The notes under the pieces: model-generated
What the model was told of the DNA's origin: nothing
Database searches by the model: none
The model's input: the letters and a program-made list of their open reading frames with translations, nothing else
Shown here: positions 44,638-51,099 of the stretch, piece after piece
Layout of the letters: each line of letters opens with the position of its first letter
Position numbering within the stretch: the first letter of the stretch is position 1
Program-made: the position numbers and the translations under genes
DNA from: Burkholderiales bacterium
Lineage (GTDB): Bacteria; Pseudomonadota; Gammaproteobacteria; Burkholderiales; SHXO01
Direction: 5' to 3'
Assembly (NCBI GenBank): GCA_035622675.1
Contig: DASPUW010000333.1
Coordinates: 1-51,099, forward strand
DNA length: 51,099 nt

Positions 44638-45204
44638 CTAGGTGGGCGCGGGTCCGCGCTGCGCGCGCTTCTTCAGGCGCAGCCCGAGCCAGATCAGTAG
44701 AGCGCCGAAGACGATGGCGTAAGCCGCGATCACCCAGATTACGGCGAGCGCCCCCGCGCCGGGGTGCACGAACATGACGACTCCGAACAGCACGGACAGA
44801 ATGCCCGACAGCGCGAGCAGCCATTCGTTCTGGATCTCCTTGCGCAGGCGGATGGCGGCGACGATCTGAAAGACTCCCATCACGACCGCCCAGGCCGCGA
44901 TGAACAGGAGCAGCACGAGTGCGGTGATTCCAGGCCAGATGAAGGCGACGATTCCGGCGGCAATACCGAGCAGCCCGACGATCAGCATCGCGCCGAAAGG
45001 TTTGCCCTGATCGCGCACGCGCCAGGCCGAGATCAGCGCCAGCACGCCGTCTGCGAGCGCGTACGCGCCCCACACGATCACCAGGGCGGCGAGCGTGAGC
45101 CCGGGCCAGACAAAAGCCAGCACGCCGAACAAGACGCCGGCGACGCCACGCAGCACGACCCAACCCCAGTTCCTGCTCAGGTGCTCCAGCATCGTAGCTT
45201 GCAT
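44638..45204 (-). CDS. HdeD-family (DUF308) acid-resistance membrane protein
   Basis: 188 aa with six TM segments. WGWVVLRGVAGVLFGVLAFVWPG and the repeated GIVAFIWPG-type motifs are typical of HdeD. Confidence 0.85.
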   Translation of the reverse strand: MQATMLEHLSRNWGWVVLRGVAGVLFGVLAFVWPGLTLAALVIVWGAYALADGVLALISAWRVRDQGKPFGAMLIVGLLGIAAGIVAFIWPGITALVLLLFIAAWAVVMGVFQIVAAIRLRKEIQNEWLLALSGILSVLFGVVMFVHPGAGALAVIWVIAAYAIVFGALLIWLGLRLKKRAQRGPAPT

Positions 45205-45316
45205 GGGTCCTCCATTGATGTATCAAGAAAACAGAATAGACGTGAGGAGTGCTTCACACGTACCGGTGTCACTTAAGAATACTATTCGCGTGTGACTGCG
45301 GCAGCAAGGAGCCCCT

Positions 45317-46123
45317 CTATGCGCTGCGCATGCGCAGGTGCTCTTCCGGCACGGGATATCCGGCTGCGCCGAACGCGCTCGCGATCGCCCGGTTGGTGTC
45401 GAAGTAAACCTGCCAGTAGTAGTCCGTGTGCGTGTAGGGACGCACGGCCAGAACGGGACCGCGCGCATTGAAATCGACGATCTCGACGTCGGGCGCCGGC
45501 TCGGTCCGAACGTTCGGGATTTTCGCCAGCGCCTCCTTCAGCCGCTTGATCGCATCGCCGACGTCCACGGCATGGGCAAGCTGCGCGGTTCGCTCGACGC
45601 GCCGATAGGCGCCGGTCGAGTAGTTCTGGATGGTGTCGGAGAAGATCTTATTGTTTCCCACGAACGTACTCACGTTGTCGGGCGTCAGAATCGTTGTCGC
45701 GAACAGGCCGATTTCCTTTACCGTGCCTTCGGTGCCTCCCGCCTTCACGTAATCTCCCACCTTGAAGGGGCGCAGCACGACGAGGAATGCCCCGGCGGCG
45801 AAATTGGCGAGCAGGCCGGCCCAGGCTGCGCCGATTGCGACCCCCATGCCTGCGATCAACGCCGCGAACGACGTCGTCTCCACGCCGAAGTAGCCGAGGA
45901 TGGCTACGACGAGAACGATATTGAGCGCGACGTTGACGATGTTGCCGATGTAGCGCTGCAAAGTCGGATCGATCTCCTGCCGCGTTAGCGTGATGCCGAT
46001 CAAGCGCAGCGCTATGCCGATCAGGTAGCGGCCGACGAGCCACGCGACGATCGCACTGAGAACTTTCAGGCCAAAGGTGGTGAGCGCAGTGCTCGCGACT
46101 TCGCCCATGTGCTGCCAGTCCAT
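45317..46123 (-). CDS. small-conductance mechanosensitive channel (MscS family)
   Basis: The start MDWQHMG at 46123 is preceded by GGGAGG. The pore-helix region is TTSFAALIAGMGVAIGAAWAGLLANFAAGAFLVVLRPFKVGDYV, followed by a beta domain. Confidence 0.9.
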   Translation of the reverse strand: MDWQHMGEVASTALTTFGLKVLSAIVAWLVGRYLIGIALRLIGITLTRQEIDPTLQRYIGNIVNVALNIVLVVAILGYFGVETTSFAALIAGMGVAIGAAWAGLLANFAAGAFLVVLRPFKVGDYVKAGGTEGTVKEIGLFATTILTPDNVSTFVGNNKIFSDTIQNYSTGAYRRVERTAQLAHAVDVGDAIKRLKEALAKIPNVRTEPAPDVEIVDFNARGPVLAVRPYTHTDYYWQVYFDTNRAIASAFGAAGYPVPEEHLRMRSA

Positions 46124-46188
46124 GATTGCCTCCCTTTGCAACGTTGACTGAAGAAGAACCTGCGGCGGCCGGCCCGGCCGATCCGCCA

Positions 46189-47643
46189 CTACTCGAGTCT
46201 GACCACGGGCGGCGGCGTCCACGCGCCGCCGAGGATCGGTGCCTGCGGCCAGTACGCGCGCAGGTACAGCGAGAAGTCGCTCTCCGGTGCCGGCAGCCAG
46301 TTGGACCGCTTGTCCTCTGCGGGCGCTTCGGCCTGCACGTAAAGCGTGAGCGAGCCGTCCTCGTTGTACTTGAGGTCCTTGTTCTTGGTGCCCAGCGAAT
46401 AGCGCTTGAGCGCATTGGGCGAGAAGAAGTGATGCTCGTTGTACAGGGTGAGCGACCAGAAACCCTTCACCGGCGGAAGCTGGCCGCGCGCGAAAGTAAC
46501 GGTGTAGCGCTCGTATCCGGTCAGGCGCTCTCCGCTCGAGTCGAGATCCTGGTAGAAGTACTTGGTCTCGGCGTTCTTGTTGACGAAGATATTGGATTTG
46601 GCCACCGCGGCGCGCGTGAAGTAGTCCACGCCAAACGCGGCACCGTTATTGATCGTGCTCCAGTTGTCGGGCAACGGCACACCGTAGTTGTTGAACTGAA
46701 AGAGCGGTGCAACGAGCTCCTCGTCGGCGTCGATCGCGACCTGCTTGAGGGCCTCCTTCAGCTTCGGATTCTTCGCGGCGGCGGCGAGCACGGTGCGCAG
46801 ATTGGCGTACAGCGCTTCTTCGCCGGGCAGTGGCGGCACTTCGTCCAGCACCTGCGGCAGCACGTCGAAGAACTTCTCCGGCACTACCCATCTGGTTTCC
46901 TCTTCGCTCTGGCTAGCGGCCGGGAACTTGGGCAGCTGCGCCCAGTCCCGGGTCTGCATTCGGCCGGTTTGCTTGCTCAGCGGATAGATTGCGATCTGGT
47001 TGATCACGGCCTGCACTGCCTGTTTGTCTGTCGGGTCGTCGCTCACGAACACGCGCGGAATCATGTAGGCGAGATTGGTCGGTGAGCGGAACACTTTGAC
47101 GATGCCTTTGGGCTTCGCACCCTTCCAGGCGGGGCCGACCACCAGATACAAACCGGGTTTGCTGCCGTACATCGCGCCGAGACCGGCGAAGCCGTCGGTG
47201 CGCTGATCGCCGAGCTGATAGACCCAGAAGCGGCCTTTGAAATCGGGCACCTGAATCACCATCGGTTCCCGGTCCAGCGCGAGCATGCCGAAGCCATACA
47301 CGACATCCTGGTTGGGGCAGGCCACCAGGCGCTCCTGAGGCTCGATGTAGTCGCGCAGCATCGCGAGCTGGTTGAGCGGTGCGACCGGAACGATCCCGCC
47401 CATGAGGCCGGGCTCCGGCACGTCCTTGAAAGTCGCGCTGCGATTGTGCAGGTTCACCATCGGCCAGCCCCACAGATAGGCGATGCGGCCAATCGAGCGC
47501 ACGTACTCCTCGGTTATCCGCCCGCTTGAGGGCACCGCGAGCGGAGCATTGGACGGTGCGCTGGGCGGCGCCGCGACACACACTGCGACAGCGCTCAACA
47601 GCGCAGCCGCAGCCGCGTATCGGATCCGGGTGACGGGTAGCAT
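46189..47643 (-). CDS. secreted DUF1254/DUF1214 domain protein (second copy, distant paralogue)
   Basis: Signal peptide, then IAYLWGWPMVNL...CPNQDVVYGFGMLALDREPMVIQVPDFKGRFWVYQLGD and GFWSLTLYN. Confidence 0.85.
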   Translation of the reverse strand: MLPVTRIRYAAAAALLSAVAVCVAAPPSAPSNAPLAVPSSGRITEEYVRSIGRIAYLWGWPMVNLHNRSATFKDVPEPGLMGGIVPVAPLNQLAMLRDYIEPQERLVACPNQDVVYGFGMLALDREPMVIQVPDFKGRFWVYQLGDQRTDGFAGLGAMYGSKPGLYLVVGPAWKGAKPKGIVKVFRSPTNLAYMIPRVFVSDDPTDKQAVQAVINQIAIYPLSKQTGRMQTRDWAQLPKFPAASQSEEETRWVVPEKFFDVLPQVLDEVPPLPGEEALYANLRTVLAAAAKNPKLKEALKQVAIDADEELVAPLFQFNNYGVPLPDNWSTINNGAAFGVDYFTRAAVAKSNIFVNKNAETKYFYQDLDSSGERLTGYERYTVTFARGQLPPVKGFWSLTLYNEHHFFSPNALKRYSLGTKNKDLKYNEDGSLTLYVQAEAPAEDKRSNWLPAPESDFSLYLRAYWPQAPILGGAWTPPPVVRLE

Positions 47644-47665
47644 GAGACTCCTTTTGGGCTCTTCG

Positions 47666-48826
47666 CTAAGCCGCGGTCAGCCGCAGCAGCGCGATCTCGG
47701 AAGGGACTGCAAAGCGGTGCGCGGGACCCCAGTAACCCGTGCCCGAGCTGACGAAGATCCACATGCGCTCGTGCCGGTTCAAGCCGCGATAGTACTTGTA
47801 GGCGATCGGCATCAGCACGCTCCAGGGAAAGAATTGTCCTCCGTGCGTGTGGCCGGAGAGCTGGAGATGAAATCCAAGCTGCTCCGCTTCGAGCCAGCGA
47901 TCTGGGCGATGCGCCAGCAGGACCTTGAGCTGGCAGTCCTCGGTCGACTGTGCGGCACGCCTCTGATCGGGCCGGTGGCTCGCGACGAAGTTCCCGCCCC
48001 CCGAGTCCGTGACGCCGGCCAGCAGGATCTTGGCGTCCTGCACGCCGATGACCCGGTTCTCGTTCAGCAGGGGAACGAGCCCCAGCGCTCGCGCCTTCTC
48101 GAGCCACCGCTCCACGCCCCAGTAATACTCGTGGTTGCCGGTGACATAGTAGCTTCCCAGACGCGCCTTCAAACCTGCCAGCGGCGCAAGATGCGGCTCG
48201 AGAATTGCCGGCGCACCGTCGGCCAAGTCGCCGGTGACGGCGATGAGGTCTGGGTGCAGCGCATTGGTCTGCCGCACGACTTCTTCCACGTAGCCGTGTT
48301 GTATGGTCGGGCCGACGTGCAGGTCGCTGATCTGCGCAATGGCAAACCCGTTCAGCGACTTTGGCAGACCGGGGATAGGAACCTCGAACTCGCTCACACG
48401 CGGTCCACGCATCGCCTGCACGAACCCCACACCGGCGATGCCGCCAGAAGCAGCGAGGACACCGGCCGGCATCCAGCGCGCAAGGAAGCTTCGCCGCTCG
48501 GGATCGAGCCGGGCGCGTCCACGTAGGCGCCGTGCGCCGGCAGCGGCGAGGCGCACCACATCGAGCGGCGCGGACAGGAGGATGAACGTGGCCCACAGCC
48601 CCAGGCAGATCGAGCCCACCCAGGACAGAGCCACGAACCAGACCGAGCCCAGCACGACCGGCTCCGAGCGGTAGAGGAACTGCCAGCCGATGACGAGCGC
48701 GAAGAACAGGATCGCCCGCGCCCACGCGACGACTTTGCTCGCAGGCCACATCTGGCCGGCCTTGTAGCCGGTGTAGACGAAGAGCAGGGCGATCACGCCC
48801 CAGAAGACGAGCGACTGCGACCGCAT
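47666..48826 (-). CDS. membrane-anchored metallophosphoesterase (calcineurin-like)
   Basis: Three or four N-terminal TM segments, then the motifs ISDLHVG, VTGDLAD, GNHEY and GHTHGG. Confidence 0.88.
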   Translation of the reverse strand: MRSQSLVFWGVIALLFVYTGYKAGQMWPASKVVAWARAILFFALVIGWQFLYRSEPVVLGSVWFVALSWVGSICLGLWATFILLSAPLDVVRLAAAGARRLRGRARLDPERRSFLARWMPAGVLAASGGIAGVGFVQAMRGPRVSEFEVPIPGLPKSLNGFAIAQISDLHVGPTIQHGYVEEVVRQTNALHPDLIAVTGDLADGAPAILEPHLAPLAGLKARLGSYYVTGNHEYYWGVERWLEKARALGLVPLLNENRVIGVQDAKILLAGVTDSGGGNFVASHRPDQRRAAQSTEDCQLKVLLAHRPDRWLEAEQLGFHLQLSGHTHGGQFFPWSVLMPIAYKYYRGLNRHERMWIFVSSGTGYWGPAHRFAVPSEIALLRLTAA

Positions 48827-49977
48827 CAGGACTCGCCGGGGCCACGCGCCACGAGATAGGTGTCGCGCAGCGTGCGCTCGATGAAGGCGCGTGCCGCGGA
48901 ACGGTCGAACGCCTCTCCGTCGGCGAGCTCCTGCGCGTAATCGAAGAACGCAGTGAACAGGTGTCCCTGATCCACGGGGGCGCGCAACGTGAATCGCGCC
49001 TGGCGCTGCGATAACTCGCGCCAGGCTGCACGCACTTCCGACCAGAACGGCTCGGTGCGCTCCAGGTAGGTGCTCCCGGGGCTGAAGTCGTAGTCTTTGA
49101 CGCGCTCGTAGCGCGCAACGCCGTATTCGCGGCTGAGGTAAGGGAGGTTCGCGCGCGGTTTGCCGCTGTCGTCCAGCGCGAGCTTCAGGTTGTTTTCCTC
49201 CTGCACCCAGCCGGTGGGTGTGATGGTGTGGCGATTGGTCCCCACCAGCACCTGGTAATCCTTGCGCACGCTGAACTCGCGCCTCGGCAGCGGGCGCCAG
49301 GTTTCCTCGCTCAGCCAGGTCGATACGCCATCGTTATGCTGCCAGCGTCCACGCGCTGCGTAACGCGGGGAATCGTCCACCTGAAACACGCTCTGCACCC
49401 AGGCGCCTCGGCGCTGTTCATCGCTCAGCGCGCGCCTCTCCCAGGTGTCCACGCCCACGTAGGCAAGCAGGCTGTCGGGCTGGAAGCGCCACTCCTGCCG
49501 CCAATGGCGCATGACCATCGGCTCGCTGACCGTGCCATCCGGTTGCTGCATGCGCATCACCAGCACGTGCTGCAGGGCGATGAAGTCGCCGCGATCCTCG
49601 GTGACGAACACGTACTCCGTGCCCCAGCTCTGATAAGGCGCGTCCGGCTTTAGCGTCGGGTCGAAACGCACGACCTCCAGGAAGTCGAAGGTGACCCGGT
49701 ACGGGCCAGCCATCGCGAGTATCGCGCGACGATCGCGCTCGAACGCGCTCAGCCCCGGCTGGCGCAGACTGCTCCAGGCTGCGCTGGGAGCGGTATCCAG
49801 CACCACGGGAGCGCCGCGCGTGCTGGCGCCGCGAGGCTTGAGGGCATGCTCGCCGAGCGGCCAGGCGAAGGTGAACTGGCTGGGCGACGCGGCCCCCGGT
49901 TGGGGCTCCGCCCCGAGTACGAAGAAGGGCACCAGCAGCGCGAGTGAGGTGAGCAAGACGCGCGACATGAACGTCAT
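48826..49977 (-). CDS. secreted conserved hypothetical protein
   Basis: The start MTFMSRVLLTSLALLVPFFVLGA at 49977 is a signal peptide. The stop overlaps the phosphoesterase start by 1 nt (TGATG). The protein is Trp/Arg-rich (MRHWRQEWRF, GRWQH), and I cannot confidently assign a family. Confidence 0.72.
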   Translation of the reverse strand: MTFMSRVLLTSLALLVPFFVLGAEPQPGAASPSQFTFAWPLGEHALKPRGASTRGAPVVLDTAPSAAWSSLRQPGLSAFERDRRAILAMAGPYRVTFDFLEVVRFDPTLKPDAPYQSWGTEYVFVTEDRGDFIALQHVLVMRMQQPDGTVSEPMVMRHWRQEWRFQPDSLLAYVGVDTWERRALSDEQRRGAWVQSVFQVDDSPRYAARGRWQHNDGVSTWLSEETWRPLPRREFSVRKDYQVLVGTNRHTITPTGWVQEENNLKLALDDSGKPRANLPYLSREYGVARYERVKDYDFSPGSTYLERTEPFWSEVRAAWRELSQRQARFTLRAPVDQGHLFTAFFDYAQELADGEAFDRSAARAFIERTLRDTYLVARGPGES

Positions 49978-50157
49978 TCCGGTCCGGTGGGGGACCCGGA
50001 TTGTAGCTCGATCGCGCGTCAGCGGAGGGTGTCGCCCGACAGCGCCTGTGCCAGGACTGGGCTGCCCCGCTTCGGGGCCACAGGCTCTAAAGACCGGGCC
50101 GGCCAGGCCGATCCTTGTGCAACCATCGGGCCGCACCCCCGGTCGGCCCTGACCGAT

Positions 50158-51099
50158 ATGGCCTTGCGCATCCACTTCCCCTGGCAATTACTGCTCGCCG
50201 TGCTCGGTTTTGCGGCACTGGGAGCCGGTGTCGGATACCTGCTTGCGCACGACTTTCACGGGCAGCTGTATCGCCAGCTCGCGCTCCACGCGGCCGGTGC
50301 CGGGTTCGTCGGGGCCTGCGCGTGGCTCTTGAGCGAGCGGGTATCGCACGCCGTCAATCTCAACACGTCGCCCTTCTTCAGGCTGGCGCTGTCTGCCGCT
50401 GCCGCGACCGGCGTCGCTGCCCTCATGGTTGGCCCGTACATCGAATTTGCAACCGCGTCGACGGCACCGTGGGCAGAGCCCGCGGCCGCGCTGTTCTATG
50501 TTGCCGCGGGAGTCATGCCGATGGTGGCAGTAGTTTCGCTGCTCGCCTTTGGCGAGGCGCTGCTGGCTGCGCGCCGCGGCGACGCCGATCTGAAAAGCGC
50601 CTTGCGCCCGATCCTGTCCGCTGCGGTGGTGGGAGCGCTCGTTGGCGGCGTGGCCGCCTACGGCGCGATCGAGCTGCGCGGCCAGATACGCGAGGGCATG
50701 CTCGCCCTCCTGCCGGAGCGGGCGCGTGACTCTGGCTGGCTCGAGCGCCAAGAGCTGCTGTTCACGCAAGTCTTGAGCGGCGGCCAGTGCGCCGTGCTCG
50801 TAGTCCCGTTCGAGACCGTCGAAGCGGCGGGTGCTCGCCCTCTCGCCTCTCTGGATCGTCCGGCGCGCTCGCTGATATCGCGCCAGGTGGCTGCGGGTAT
50901 CGCTGCGCGGACTGGACAGTGCGTCGCGGATCCGACCCTCGTCTCGCGAGCGCTTGGACCGCGCCAGCGCAACTACGAGTGGAGCCGGATCCTGCGCCTG
51001 GCCAACGCCGCAGGCGCACGCTGGATCGTGCGCGGCATGGTCAAGCTCGACAGTGCACGGCAGGCATACGATCTGACAGTACAGATGTTTGGCCGCGAG
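50158..51099 (+). CDS. membrane protein with TolB-N-like domain (3' end cut by window edge)
   Basis: Open frame of 314 codons that is not in the ORF track because it has no stop before the edge. I translated it codon by codon without meeting a stop. It has four hydrophobic segments, then VLVVPFETVEAAG...ILRLANAAGARWIVRGMVKL..AYDLTVQMF, which resembles the TolB-N/FlgO-like fold pattern. Confidence 0.6.
   Translation, partial: MALRIHFPWQLLLAVLGFAALGAGVGYLLAHDFHGQLYRQLALHAAGAGFVGACAWLLSERVSHAVNLNTSPFFRLALSAAAATGVAALMVGPYIEFATASTAPWAEPAAALFYVAAGVMPMVAVVSLLAFGEALLAARRGDADLKSALRPILSAAVVGALVGGVAAYGAIELRGQIREGMLALLPERARDSGWLERQELLFTQVLSGGQCAVLVVPFETVEAAGARPLASLDRPARSLISRQVAAGIAARTGQCVADPTLVSRALGPRQRNYEWSRILRLANAAGARWIVRGMVKLDSARQAYDLTVQMFGRE

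Noticed and set aside
50115-50769. ORFs 50115..50729 (+) and 50188..50769 (-).
   Set aside because: Both are Arg-rich with no motifs. A third frame from 50158 is open to the window edge and encodes plausible TM helices plus a recognisable domain pattern.
1-51099. Selenoprotein genes (an in-frame TGA splitting one gene into two same-frame ORFs), looked for because selD is present. Also looked for phage, defence, toxin-antitoxin and secretion-system genes.
   Set aside because: I noticed none by eye. This was not a systematic scan, so a selenoprotein gene cannot be excluded without a SECIS/TGA-aware search.

Overview
This is 51.1 kb of visibly GC-rich bacterial chromosome. The CspA sequence and a DUF3460-type small protein suggest a betaproteobacterium, but that is inference only. 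I can support about 50 protein-coding genes, two remnants of one disrupted gene, several hairpin terminators and one in-frame 54-bp tandem repeat array. I saw no rRNA, tRNA, CRISPR array, transposase, integrase or recognisable defence or toxin-antitoxin module.

Gene content, left to right:
- Aldo/keto reductase (cut by the window edge), cspA, threonine dehydratase, a CMD-family protein and a secreted alpha/beta hydrolase.
- A tightly packed minus-strand operon: SAF/UxaA sugar-acid dehydratase, NHL propeller, AlaX, PaaI thioesterase.
- An enolase-superfamily dehydratase.
- marR-emrA-emrB efflux genes.
- A CitE-like lyase, selD, cysE and an OpuC-type ABC importer.
- A disulfide reductase, a META lipoprotein and an LLM oxidoreductase.
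- A three-protein phosphorelay followed by two small paralogous membrane proteins.
- A secreted tandem-repeat protein, a DUF3460 protein and oligopeptidase B.
- A DUF1254/DUF1214 gene with two tandem lipase-like lipoprotein genes.
- A block of a PQQ dehydrogenase, a cytochrome c, a TRAP binding protein, a sulfatase and a Bat/VWA membrane module.
- hdeD, mscS, a second DUF1254/DUF1214 gene, a membrane metallophosphoesterase and a secreted unknown protein.
- A membrane protein running off the right edge.

Main leads:
1. N- and C-terminal remnants of a single CPA2 antiporter gene bracket the ~11 kb PQQ/sulfatase/VWA block. That block therefore looks like an inserted cargo island with no mobility genes.
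2. The PQQ dehydrogenase has the lanthanide-type WDYDG motif. It is paired with an orphan DctP-type binding protein instead of an XoxJ/MxaJ-type one.
3. selD is tightly linked to cysE and an ABC importer, and none of the usual selenium-utilisation partner genes lie in the window.
4. A secreted protein is built from near-identical 18-residue repeats.
5. DUF1254/DUF1214 genes are linked twice to envelope hydrolases.

All family calls come from motif recognition by eye. No database search was run.
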